The notes under the pieces: model-generated
What the model was told of the DNA's origin: nothing
The model's input: the letters and a program-made list of their open reading frames with translations, nothing else
The model's database searches: none
Program-made: the position numbers and the translations under genes
Origin: Macrostomum hystrix
Taxonomy: Eukaryota > Animalia > Platyhelminthes
Assembly: GCA_950097015.1 (NCBI GenBank)
Contig: CATNEN010000001.1
Location: 7,068,001-7,132,000, forward strand
Reading direction: 5' to 3'
Length of the DNA: 64,000 nucleotides
Shown here: one piece after another, positions 24,571-35,949 of the stretch
How positions within the stretch are numbered: the stretch's first letter is position 1
How the letters are laid out: each line of letters begins with the position of its first letter

Positions 24571-25046
24571 TACTCAGTAACAGCTAGACCCCCCCCAACT
24601 CACGCTGTCACACGGCCCAAAAGTTTTCTATGCCATCGGTGACTCAGTGAATGTGTGAAGGCTGCCGCCGCAAGACGCGAGCGCAAAGTGCGGCATGGGG
24701 GATTTGGGGAGGGGGTGGGCAGACCTATGCAGAGCTGCTACAGCAGCAATTTCTGCCATTTGCTACGACAACCTTTGGCGGACCGCAGAACTGCATGCTT
24801 CAAGACGACAACGCTGCGCCACATCGAGCAGCACACGTGCAGCTGCTGAAGGAGCAGCTCGGCATTCGCACATTGAACTGGCCGTCAAAGTCTCCAGACA
24901 TGAACCCCATCGAGCATGTCTGGGGCCTTGTAAAGCGAAGAGTTCAGCAGGATGCACACGATACTGAGACTAGAATAAAAGACATTGCTTAACTTTTGTG
25001 TCCGTGTGACAGCGTGAGTTGGGGGGGGTTTAGCTGTTGCTGAGTA
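24571..25046 (+). mobile_element. Internally deleted Tc1/mariner element (DD34E), copy 2
   Basis: Same TIRs, with TA duplications at 24569-70 and 25047-48. Near-identical to copy 1 but lacks about 133 bp (equivalent to 19238-19370). Confidence 0.95.
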
Positions 25047-25155
25047 TATATTAAAACGAAAATCTTGGATTTTCATGTTTTAACTCCAGTTTAACTTATG
25101 TTTGATATTCCATACTGTGATGATGGAAAGAAAAGCAAAGTGAGCCCTTAAAAGT

Positions 25156-26823
25156 CTAGACAAGTTGAAATACACGCAGCCTTTTATTTCTTTCATCTGA
25201 CACAACTAATCTTTGGCAGTCAGCCAGTTCGATCAGAAGTAGGTCGCCAGGCGAGTCGAAGAAATCTTCACCGTCTCCAGCCTGGTCTTGAATTCCCAAA
25301 GTCTGTAGAACTGAACCGAAATAATCCATGGCGACAACAGTTTGACCTTTAGTCGGCTCTGATACCTCCTGATTGCTAATAAACATTAAGCATCTAGTGT
25401 CTATCGCTAGACCAAAAGGCAACCAGTTGCACTCTAGGTTAGTGCGAGCAGTTGGATACGATGAAAGCAATTGGCCACTGCTGCTGCAGAACACGTGGAT
25501 CGAATTGCGCTTCAAATCAACTAAGTAAAGCCTTTTACCAAGAATGGAGAAGCCAGAAACACAATCGGACCCCATAGCAGTCAGGCTGATGACACAAATC
25601 GACTCGAATTTGTCTTTGCAGAACGCTACAACGCTACCATTGTTCCTTAAAACGAACAATTTGTCTTCATTAGCAGTGATACCGCAAAACAGGAATTCGT
25701 CGGCAGCTGAATTCTCCGGCAGAATCGTACGCTTGACGGAGCCAGCGAGATCGGCGATTGTCAGTAAGCCATACTGTGCCACGCAAAGAATTTGTCTCTG
25801 ATTATCGCAGTGCAAACCGCGAATGTCTTCAGTCCATTGAAAATCAACCTGGAACCTGTACTGCAGCCTTATATCACCGGAAATCGAAGTGACGAAAATG
25901 TAATCAACAATGTTTTCGTCGTCATTAGAAGTATAGAAAGTCACAAAAATGCACGACTCCGGTAGAGGTTTAAAACTAGTGTCTCGGCTAGAGTCAGCAC
26001 GAATCAATCTATCCGATGAGTCAGCAGCAAAACCGGCAGTGTTCGTGCAAGCTGCTAAGTAGTTTGGCAGTCCAAGAAGATTTTCAATTGTAGCGACAGA
26101 TTTGCAAATTGAGCGCGAGAGGCTTGAGTCGGTCGATTTGGATTCCTCACTTAACCTGCACTGATGAATCAGGTCGGTGAAGTGCTTATCCATCAAGGAC
26201 TGCACATACAGCACACCAGATGACACGTCACCAACAGAACGGATGCTAAATTTACCGAAATTTTTGGAACCTGTGGTGTCATCAGAACTGTTAGAAAAGT
26301 CTGAGTTCACCAAGTCTTTATGCCGAGAAAAAAAACTCGACCTAGCTTCATCAAATTCGGCAGCTCGCTCGCACGCCTCATCGATCCAATGTCGTTGAGA
26401 AACAATCTGCTCCATAACATTCTTCCAGTCTCCTGAGTCACACGCACTGGACATTTTTTTCGTGCAGTCATCCGCATCTGCGGCATCTCTTAGCCGCCCA
26501 GATACCGAATCGTGAGCTGCTTGAATCAGAGACACAGTCCGTTGCCTCCAGATCTGTACTTGGGCTTCAAGAGCATCAAATGCATCGTTGACCTCCTGCA
26601 GCTCGACAGAAAGTGAGATCTGCTCTGCCCGGAGAGCTGGTCTACTCCCAGCATCAGTCACAGCCTCCAACTTTTGTATCATCTTTTTACCTTTTTTGTT
26701 AACGGTTCGTATGTCTTTAATTAAATGCTGCCTGCACAGGGGCAGCCCACAGAATGGACCAGAGCCTTCAGCGGGTTGATTGCATAGGCGCGAGCTGCAG
26801 TTATTTTGAACATCAAATGACAT
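25156..26823 (-). CDS. TRIM/NHL-like protein paralog A (Cx4Cx15Cx2H finger, coiled coil, NHL-like beta-propeller), ~555 aa
   Basis: Uninterrupted ORF. The likely start is MSFDV at 26823, just after an acceptor (TTTCAG). Shares RSVGDVS, LP..CIFV.F and C-terminal VSDE.N.R...F motifs with paralogs B and C, and has an NHL-like PFGLAIDT repeat. Confidence 0.8.
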   Translation of the reverse strand: MSFDVQNNCSSRLCNQPAEGSGPFCGLPLCRQHLIKDIRTVNKKGKKMIQKLEAVTDAGSRPALRAEQISLSVELQEVNDAFDALEAQVQIWRQRTVSLIQAAHDSVSGRLRDAADADDCTKKMSSACDSGDWKNVMEQIVSQRHWIDEACERAAEFDEARSSFFSRHKDLVNSDFSNSSDDTTGSKNFGKFSIRSVGDVSSGVLYVQSLMDKHFTDLIHQCRLSEESKSTDSSLSRSICKSVATIENLLGLPNYLAACTNTAGFAADSSDRLIRADSSRDTSFKPLPESCIFVTFYTSNDDENIVDYIFVTSISGDIRLQYRFQVDFQWTEDIRGLHCDNQRQILCVAQYGLLTIADLAGSVKRTILPENSAADEFLFCGITANEDKLFVLRNNGSVVAFCKDKFESICVISLTAMGSDCVSGFSILGKRLYLVDLKRNSIHVFCSSSGQLLSSYPTARTNLECNWLPFGLAIDTRCLMFISNQEVSEPTKGQTVVAMDYFGSVLQTLGIQDQAGDGEDFFDSPGDLLLIELADCQRLVVSDERNKRLRVFQLV

Positions 26824-27892
26824 GACGCTGAAATGTTGAGAGTGTAGACATAGACAGATCATTCGACTAAAGGTTAAAAAACCGTGTACTCAAACCATTT
26901 AACTAACTGTTCTATTACTTTGAGACAACTTGGCTGAGAATATAAAATATAAAATATTAGTATCGAGCCCAGTTCAGTGTAAACAATTATTTCCGTTGAA
27001 GTGCAATTCAAACAACCGACCGCTAAGTCTGAAGTTCAAAGCTCTAAACCCTGAGCTACTACCTGCCTGCTTAGCAGACAAAACTAACAGCACATTGTGT
27101 CGTGCTGACATTTGGTTAGGCTGGGTATCTACTAGACAAATATCACACATCAATGTAGTCGCCGAAAAAAATTGTAACACACTAAAAGTGGGGAACGAAC
27201 CTCGCGCTGGCAGACCGAGACCGGTTTCTGGCTTGTTTGCCTTCGTTAGTCAGCCATAGTCCTCTCCCACCACTCTTAGTGTGCACAGAAGCCTTTTTTA
27301 AGCTTGCCATTTTTATGGCGATACTTTTTTAGTGTTATGTAAGAGTTTTGCAGCCAAGTCTTTACTTTTCTACTGTTGTCAGTAGTCTGAATTGGACCTC
27401 TCACAATTTTCTCAGGGGGTGCCTACAAGGGGAGCACACAAGATCGAGGTGAAATAAAGTGAATTTGCTCAGTTGAAAATCTGTTGAATCAAAAAGATTT
27501 TCAGTGTTGTTCGGTCCTTGATTATCCTTGACTGCGAGTCCGAGTCGGCCAGCCTGTTTCTACATCTTTCCTATCTCTAAATCTACATCTATGTTCAGTT
27601 TCTATTGCTCTCAAAAGCTTCTATATTCAGAGCTATATGGCTTTGAATATGGTTTTTTGAATATTTTATTGAAGAGAATAAATATTTCAAAGTGATTAAA
27701 TAAATTGTCTTAAAATTTATTTACTGTTATAAACAAAAAACTTTGAGTTAAAAAATAGTACGAAAACGAAAACGAAACATTCTTGCTGTTTTTTTGCGCT
27801 AGAGCAAAAAATCTATTATTTAGATTTCGATTATGTCACAACTAATTATGTCATAGAATAACTTCACATTCACAGAAGCAAACGACAGTTAA

Positions 27893-29479
27893 TTAGTTGA
27901 TCTTGAACAGACGAATCCTGCAGTTCTGCTCATCCGAAACAGCCAGAACACTCTCTTCAGAATGTTCAATTATGGTCAAATCGTTCGGTCCATTAAACGA
28001 GTATTCGTCGTTTCCTTGCAGTCCATCGTCTCCCAGAATCTGCAAGACACTTCCGTCAGTAGACAATGCTAGAACTGAGTTGCTTTCGTAATCGGCGATA
28101 TACATGATCCCTCGTTTGTCAACTGCAACATTCCATGGGCATTGTAACGAATTTTTGCCTAAACGTTCCTTCGGAAACCAGTTTACTACCTGATTGCTAA
28201 TTGGGCACAAAACAATCAAGCGACAGGTGACGCGATTCAGCAGGATCACTTTCGATCCACAGGAAGCTATATTAAAAACATCTCCCAAATCAGTGAAATG
28301 ACGAGAAAATTTTAGCTCAGACTTTTGAATACCACGGTCCTTATCGAGTGTGATGATTTGCCCATTGCTATTAAGAGTGAACAAATCATCCTTGTAATGG
28401 TCCACACCGAGTAAAAGTTCATGCTCTAGGAGATACGAATCGACAAGTCGAACAACCTGTCCGCTCAGATCTGCTAGAACTAACGCACTGTGATGCAGCA
28501 CAATCAGCAATTGTCGCTCGCTATCGCATCGGAGTGCATTGACGTCACGGCAGTCGATGCTCAGCTCGCAACGAAACCTGACAATTCCATCAAGTGAAAG
28601 TGCAAGAAGGTAATCGACAGCTTCAGCGGTGTCGTTGCTGAAAGCAACAAATATGCAAGGCTCAGGGAGCGGAACACAGTCTCCACTTGCATGTTCAGAA
28701 CGGATAATACAACCAGAATCGTTACCAACGAAACCAACAGTCTTTGTGCAAGAAGTGAGACTGCAAGGCTGACCGGGAAGGTCGTTAATGCAGTTTTTAG
28801 ACATACAAAGGGTCGATACCTCTTTCAGAGATTCTTTCCTGGGATTATCTTCGAGATAGCACTGCTTCATAATATTTGCCATACTTCTGTCGATGACAAG
28901 TTGAAGATTTTGCACACATGACGACACATCCCCAACAGAGCGCAAGCCTAACTTTGCAGAACCAGTAGCAGTGATGTCAGCCCGCTGTCGGCAACAAATC
29001 TTCCACCGAAGTCGATGAAACGCAGTCAGTCTGTCACGTGCTTCATCGACCCATAGTCGCATTGACACATTCAGTTGCATCATTTGCCTGGCATCGCCAG
29101 TATTGGAAACATTCTCTACTTCTTCCAGACACTTCTCAGCTTCGGCAGCGTCATTTAGCCGAACAGCAAAAGAGTTACACACTTCTTGAACTTGCGCCGT
29201 TGTCAGCTCTCTCCAATGCTGCACCTTTGCCTGTAGCGCATCGAATGCTCTGTTTAACTCATTTAGCTCTGCCTCCAATGAGTTTTTTTCGGCCCTGAGT
29301 TGGTTTTTATTTTTGCAATTCATAACAGCTTTTAGTTTGCTGATTAGACTCCGCTTCTTGCTTTGTACTAGACGCACGTCTCGACGCAAGTGCTCCTCAC
29401 ACAGGTTTAGTTCGGAGTAGGGTCCCCGACCTGTGGCTGCCTTGTCGCAGAGTTTCGAAGAGCATGTTGCGCTTAACAT
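27893..29479 (-). CDS. TRIM/NHL-like protein paralog B, ~528 aa
   Basis: Uninterrupted ORF. The likely start is MLSATC at 29479, after the acceptor TTTTCCTTGCAG. NHL-like repeats LQCPWNVAVDKRGIMYIADYESNSV and FNGPNDL...VSDEQNCRIRLF. Confidence 0.82.
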   Translation of the reverse strand: MLSATCSSKLCDKAATGRGPYSELNLCEEHLRRDVRLVQSKKRSLISKLKAVMNCKNKNQLRAEKNSLEAELNELNRAFDALQAKVQHWRELTTAQVQEVCNSFAVRLNDAAEAEKCLEEVENVSNTGDARQMMQLNVSMRLWVDEARDRLTAFHRLRWKICCRQRADITATGSAKLGLRSVGDVSSCVQNLQLVIDRSMANIMKQCYLEDNPRKESLKEVSTLCMSKNCINDLPGQPCSLTSCTKTVGFVGNDSGCIIRSEHASGDCVPLPEPCIFVAFSNDTAEAVDYLLALSLDGIVRFRCELSIDCRDVNALRCDSERQLLIVLHHSALVLADLSGQVVRLVDSYLLEHELLLGVDHYKDDLFTLNSNGQIITLDKDRGIQKSELKFSRHFTDLGDVFNIASCGSKVILLNRVTCRLIVLCPISNQVVNWFPKERLGKNSLQCPWNVAVDKRGIMYIADYESNSVLALSTDGSVLQILGDDGLQGNDEYSFNGPNDLTIIEHSEESVLAVSDEQNCRIRLFKIN

Positions 29480-31501
29480 TATGATGATTATTCTGCAAGG
29501 AAAATAGAGCATAAAACTTATAAGCAGTTAGAAGAAGCCTCGAAAAAATGGTTGAGAGATTGAATTGTGAATGGACAACTTCAGGATAGCATTTGAATGT
29601 TGCACATCCAAACGACACAACTGTGGATGGCTTTAATAGAAAAATTAGTTAATTTCTAATTAAAATTAATTTTAGAAATTTCTTCCTTCGCCAAGCTACG
29701 TAAAATGAGTGTGTTGGAGCTTTATTTTAAAGAAAAATGTAACAGTTCCTCAGCCTATTAGTTCATGTTTAAGTTAGGACTTGAAGGCCAGGGTTATATG
29801 ACTGACTAAACTACAATGTGTTCTTGGGCTAGGTATTAAACTCTAGGCTATACTTGACTTTTTACTTGTCATTAGACAAGAAGCACACACACATAACAGT
29901 TACATACATAGCAACTTGTAGCAAATCGAAAATTGTTATTGTACTGTACTGTACTGTACTTACTAAAAAAAGTTTTTCTACTGTTTGCATCAACTCTAGG
30001 CTGTACAAAACTAGTTATATTATATTAGTTATAATTGTAAAGAACTTTCTAGAAAGCCGTAAATAGTTATAAATAAACGACGGCCACCACTGAAAATCTT
30101 TAACGCCTGACTTGATCACAAGATCAATAAAAAAACAAAAGAACCACCACCTTTACGCCTCATTTATTAAAACACCTCTAAAAACTCATAGAAGCTAAGA
30201 TAATTCCTAGTGGAGTGTTGTCCCATAAGTCCATTACAAAATAACCAAAATGCTGCATTTAGATAAGCAACACAAGAGCTACAATTGCTGTTTATTAGAC
30301 GCTATTGCTGTTTAGTTAGATATGTAGTAGCACAGGCAGAATAAAATATTACAAAAACTTTTATGAGATACATAGCACAGAAAAATTACCTAATTTAAAT
30401 TAAAGATTAGAAGTCATAAATGTCAATAGTAAACTCGTTTGATCCCCAGAAAAAAAATAGTTTAAATTTGATAGTAACATAGATATTATATTCTACTATA
30501 TACTACAGTTAATTATTGTTTTAGTTACTAAGTTTTACTGTAAATAAAATATTTATATTTTACTCCTTAGTGTGATAAATACCACAAATACTAAGTACGA
30601 GTATATATAACTGAGCAGTTATTTAAAAGATAGTTTTTTGTGCTCAGATTAAAAACTATTTTTTGTATCAGTTATCAATAGAACTAAGTATCGAATAAAT
30701 CTGTGTGAATGTTTACGAAAATTCTAAATTATAATCGTGACCACAGGAAGTTTTTTAAATACTATTAGACATTCAAATCTAGTAAACACTTCACACAATC
30801 TTCACACAAATCTGGACAACAAAACATAAAAGTAATAATTGCATGCTATAGATAGATCGAAGTAATTATCGTCGATAGTCAAAATCATATTTGTGTAATG
30901 CAAAATACTAAAATACTATTATCGTTTTCTGCTAGAGCAAAAATCCAGAACAGGGAAAGAATAAACGAACAGAATACGGCACGATAAATAGAAAGCCTAC
31001 CGTTGTCCCGCTACGTTTTTAATGTAAAACTGAAAAGCGAAAATTAGTTTAAATTCGTACTGCGCGGTTTCGGCTGTATATATAAACAATTTTTAAAGAA
31101 CATAAATATTATTAATGAAGAGAGTAAAAAATACAACATAGAAAAATACTTAAAATAAAAAAGCAATTTTTACACAATTTTTTGAGCGGCTAATTGATAA
31201 AACGATCGAGGTGTCACAAATGTGAACCAGCCCAAATGCTTTATTTTCGAAGATATCGAATGCACACAGTGCACGTGAACCTGCAAAATGTTATAGAAAA
31301 TTGCAGCGCAATTCATAATTTGGCAATTAATAATTGCCAAACAAAGATAAGTGATATCCTTACGCCTTCAGGACAATAGTTCACGGCAACATCTAGTGCA
31401 TTGTATAGCATTTAAACTGTCTATTCGGCCGCAAAGGCTCCTTGATTCGGACTGAAGCTCTAGATTTAAACAATAAAGCACTTCGACTACCATTAGCACT
31501 T

Positions 31502-31945
31502 ATGGTAGCACTCGTTTTGGACTACCATTACAACAGAAATTGGCGCCTGACGGTCTGGGAGCTCTCTCAAAGAGCTCAACACAGACTTCTAATCGTCCAT
31601 GAGCCGATCCGCAATTTCTCCCCGACAACTGAGTCGTCATCACTATCCCCTGAGCTGCACTCTGTGAAGCTCGATCGCAACTTAATTCAGCTTTCTTATG
31701 CCCACGCCTTACTCTGGTATGTCTAATCGCACACTTCGATCCTTTGCTTGACTTACAGCGAGACCCTCGGGGGTCGAGGTCGCCTACTGAGCAGAACAAT
31801 ATGTTTCTATCTAGAACGCGCTCGCTGGCAACAATCCCTCCATATCGCCAACGAGGCTACTGCGGTCGGGCTGGGGATCCACGAAAAGGCGGAGCAGGGT
31901 CACACGCCTGCGAATGCGCGGATCACTTCACTCCCCGAAGTTTAA
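31502..31945 (+). CDS. Possible small two-exon orphan ORF (~133 aa)
   Basis: GC-richer island. A candidate 42-nt intron at 31717-31758 (GTATGT...TTGACTTACAG) joins two track ORFs in frame. No recognisable homology. Confidence 0.25.
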
Positions 31946-32978
31946 TTAACAGTCGCGATATAATTGGACGCGATATGGCGTCAATTCAAGCTCCGATTAG
32001 ACGGACCGGCCGGGGTATTGTCTAGCTGATAAGCTTTAACCCCAGGTTGATTTTGCACTATACACTCGGCGAGTTCCTTCAGTGTGTGCTCCTGTGACGC
32101 TAACCTACGGTACGATTACAATTACGAGCGTATTATTGGATTAATTAAAATATGCTAACGCTTGGTCGTAAGTTTGAATCTAAACTTGACAAAGGCGATT
32201 TAAGTTTTTTTTTTACCCGTATTAGCTGGGTAGATATTTGGGTAAAGCTGTCATTTTTTGGCCTGGAAGTTGACCTAAAATTACGAGTAGAACGTGATGA
32301 AAGAGATGAACAATCATTTTAAGTCGTCATTCTTTGACTTTTTGAACTGCTCAGAAATTGTTACTATGAAAAAGAATATAAAACAGTATTTAGAAAAGTT
32401 ATATCGTAATGTTCTTTTACGAGCGAAAAGCATAGACACAAAACTTAGACTGCATAGGCAAATTTATTGAAACTTGAAACAACGAGTAAAAGTGCATTAG
32501 AAAATGCCGGTTTATACCGATTAAGGCTGCTGAAAATGCAAGTACTGGTTCAAGCTTATCTATTAACGAAATTAACTGGTACTAGATTATCAAGACTTGG
32601 CAAGTACTCGAAAGAAAAGCACAGCTACACTAATTGCTAATAATGTAGTGCAATTGATTTTTACGTACTGGCACAGTTTTTATTGAAATGCTCAAAATGA
32701 CAGCAGAACTTCAGAAGACTAACATTAATAAGTATACAAAGCAGTCATTAGGGATGATGAAATGCTGTTGTCTAAGTAAATTAGTAAAGACTGTGAAAAA
32801 CGTTGGTTTGGGAACGCGAAAATAACAAAAATGCCACTCAAACAGATTTTTAAGCTTCTAATAATTTTAGCAGATACTTTGTGCGCACAATTGTCAAGTA
32901 ATACATAGCTTAACTAGCATTTAGAGTCGATCCCAGAGCTACTAATTCTATTTTGTAGCAACTGGGGAGCATAAAAAG

Positions 32979-34778
32979 CTAATACAAATCAAACAACTGC
33001 AGCCTCTGATGCAGTTGGTCTGAAACTGCCAAGCAGCGTCGCTCCGCCGTCTCAAAGATGGCCAGATTGGCTGCTCCGTCGAAGCGTTCTTCAATAGCAG
33101 GCGAGAACCCGATGGACTGCAGGATGGAGCCATCCCAAGCCAGGACTCGAATCACTCCAAGGTCGTATTCTGTAACAAATGTCCGACCCCCCCGACTGTC
33201 GGCCAAGATTTGCCACACTTTTTCTAATTTATCAAGACCGGTGCGGCAGTTGGGATAAGAGATGATTTGCTGGCCAGTGACGCCGCAGACTTTGTTCACA
33301 CAACCGCGAAAGAAATCTCCAACTAGAATCCTTGATCCGCAAAGACTGAAGCTTAACAATGAGCCGCACTTGGGATGAGCCAATTTGAAAGTCGACTCCA
33401 TTTTACACGAATCTTTGTTAACATTTAACAACAGTTTGAAGTCTTGATCCAGAAGAAAGATGGAAGCATTGTTACCAGATATTTCGCTGAAGTAGGCACT
33501 TGGCTGGCCTAAGCTTTTGGCATTCATGATGGACACAATTGTGCCACTTAAGTCCGCAACAGTTACGGCACGCGACTGTGCTATAAATAGCAACTGGCGA
33601 TCATTGTCAATGTGCAGCCCGTTAATCAGATTGTTCCAATCGAATTCGCAGCAACGCCATTGCAGCCTGGCGCCTCCGTCAAGAGACGTGACAACAATGT
33701 GATCCACTTCAACTATTTCAGCTGTGCCTAGCTGGAATGTCACGAAGATGCACGGATTTGGCAAGGCAGCGCAGTTCACAGTAGGGGTGTCGTCGGCTCG
33801 CACCAGTCGACCAGAAGAGTCAGCAACAAATCCGTTGGTGTTGGTACAGAAGGCTAAATGTGACGGATCGCCAGGTAAGCCAGTAATTGAAGCTACTGGA
33901 CGGCAAACTGGCTTGGAACAAGTGCTCAGCACTTCGTCATCATTATAAAGCCAACAGCTCAGCATGACATCTTCCATATGCCTGTCAACGATGTAGTTTA
34001 AATGCTGGACGCCAGCAGACACGTCGCCAACGGATCGCATTTTGAATCGAAAGCTGCACTCTTCGTCGCTGCTGTGACCACTGTCACTCGAAGCAGATGG
34101 CAAAGACTCGTGACAGTTATCCGTCATGGAACTAGATGCTTCAGAATCGCTGCCTGACATTCCGTGATCAGAAGCGTCGCTGTTTTCCGAGAAGCGCTCG
34201 TCGTCGCTGCGAGACTCCAGCTCAATGATTTGCTCGTCGCGAAACTTTGCCTGTCTAATACGTAGGTTGCATCGAATGCGTTCAAACTCAGCAATTCGTT
34301 CACATGCACCGCGCAACCAAATTCCTACGACCTTCCTGAGTTCCATGGCTTTGGCCTGGCCATCGTTGGTATTGTCGGCCAGGGCTAAGTCTTTAGTAAA
34401 TTCATCAGCTGTAGCTGCGTCTCGAAGTCTGGTGCTAACAGATTCGTGTACAGCTCTTATCCGCGACAGGGCCTGGTCTTTCCATTGGTCTATTTTCTCG
34501 TGTAACGCATAGAATGCCGCGCTGACCTCTTGCATCTCCAATATCAGAGCCTCGCTTTCCAAATTCAAAGCTTGCCTATCCTTTGCGGCCGAAATGTGCT
34601 GCAGATTCCTAATTAAGTCGGCATGCTGCTGGCGCACCTTCTCAGCATCCTCCTGCAGGTGTTTAACGCACAGTCGCAGGCCGGACAACGAGCCATCGCC
34701 GGCTGCCGCGGCATTGCAGAAGTGCAGGTCGCATGACGTTTTTGAACGTTTAATGTCTGGCACGTGGTAAAACTCCAT
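32979..34778 (-). CDS. TRIM/NHL-like protein paralog C, 599 aa, with an acidic Ser-rich insert
   Basis: Uninterrupted ORF with the same finger (CDLHFC-x15-CVKH), coiled coil, MRSVGDVSAGV, LPNPCIFVTF and VSDQLHQRLQLF. The acceptor TTTTCTTTCAG lies 18 nt upstream of the ATG. Confidence 0.82.
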   Translation of the reverse strand: MEFYHVPDIKRSKTSCDLHFCNAAAAGDGSLSGLRLCVKHLQEDAEKVRQQHADLIRNLQHISAAKDRQALNLESEALILEMQEVSAAFYALHEKIDQWKDQALSRIRAVHESVSTRLRDAATADEFTKDLALADNTNDGQAKAMELRKVVGIWLRGACERIAEFERIRCNLRIRQAKFRDEQIIELESRSDDERFSENSDASDHGMSGSDSEASSSMTDNCHESLPSASSDSGHSSDEECSFRFKMRSVGDVSAGVQHLNYIVDRHMEDVMLSCWLYNDDEVLSTCSKPVCRPVASITGLPGDPSHLAFCTNTNGFVADSSGRLVRADDTPTVNCAALPNPCIFVTFQLGTAEIVEVDHIVVTSLDGGARLQWRCCEFDWNNLINGLHIDNDRQLLFIAQSRAVTVADLSGTIVSIMNAKSLGQPSAYFSEISGNNASIFLLDQDFKLLLNVNKDSCKMESTFKLAHPKCGSLLSFSLCGSRILVGDFFRGCVNKVCGVTGQQIISYPNCRTGLDKLEKVWQILADSRGGRTFVTEYDLGVIRVLAWDGSILQSIGFSPAIEERFDGAANLAIFETAERRCLAVSDQLHQRLQLFDLY

Positions 34779-34917
34779 TTTTAGATTTTGTCAGCTCTGA
34801 AAGAAAATAATATTTCTATAAAATCTAAACAAAGTCATTTTGAGGTCAGGTAATCATGCAAATTTAGCAAGTAGAAATTGCATTCGCAAGTAGTTAATGC
34901 AGAATTTTAGAGTTACG

Positions 34918-35190
34918 TTTATAATAATAATACAAATTATAATTGATTACACCTGCCACGATCGGGTCCGATGTGCAGTCGACAGCACAGCCGCAGCGAA
35001 TGCGCGGCGCATCTGAAGGCTGCGTACGGCTGTTCAGTCCATGGACTGGGGGACTTCACACCTAACATAAACTACCGCAGCTGGGTAAACTGACGCAATG
35101 CAGAGTGTCTTGCTAAAGGACACAAATTGTTCTAGCGGATTCGAGAATCGAACTTCCGACTTTCAATTCGTGAGTCTGACACTAACAAGT
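34918..35190 (-). mobile_element. SINE family 3 with CORE-like central domain
   Basis: The minus strand shows B box GTTCGATTC, then TGTGTCCTTTAGCAAGACACT...TCAGTTTACCCAGCTG (CORE-like), and an (ATT)n tail. Confidence 0.55.
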
Positions 35191-35949
35191 AGAGAAGTAT
35201 AATTTTAGTATTAATTAACCAATATTTAGCATATTTTTAATTATTTTTATCTATTTATTTTAGTGTTCGTGTTGTTAAATAATTGTTTTGATTGTTAAAA
35301 GATGAATTTATTTAGATTATTCGACTAAATTTTTATTAAGAGATTCTAAAATTCTATAAACAATAGACTAATAGCTTAGAATAATCATTATGAATTATTA
35401 ACTTATATCTGGGGAGATGCAGCCTAAGATGTTCGAGCCTATGTACTCTTAACTGGAGGTTCGGGGTTCGATTCCCAGATGCATATTTTTATTTTTAAAA
35501 GAATAATAAAACAAAAATATAATATATATTACTAAAGCGACAGCCATTATACTGGCTGTCACGCCGTTATTTATATGTGTGTATTTATGTAGTTATACGA
35601 CTATACACTTCGCAGTAAGTACAAAGACCAATAGACCAATACGAGTAAAAGCACAATAGAAGGGAACATTATATCAACAAAAAGTTACTCTTTACGAATG
35701 CATTTAGAAAACTGTGAAGTGGGCAACAAATAAACTGAATAACTAGAATGGCAATAGAAAAAAACATGCTAAAATTGTAAGCTACAAGACGGGGGTGGGT
35801 CGGATGTGTCGTTAGAGAAATACCGCGAAAATGCAGCAGATATCCAGAAATCATGGACTGTTCAATATACTCTTTAAAATAATAAATCCATGCCTTAAAT
35901 TTAATCATAATTAGCTCAACAGCTGTCTACGCAGATGAAATTAGGTATA

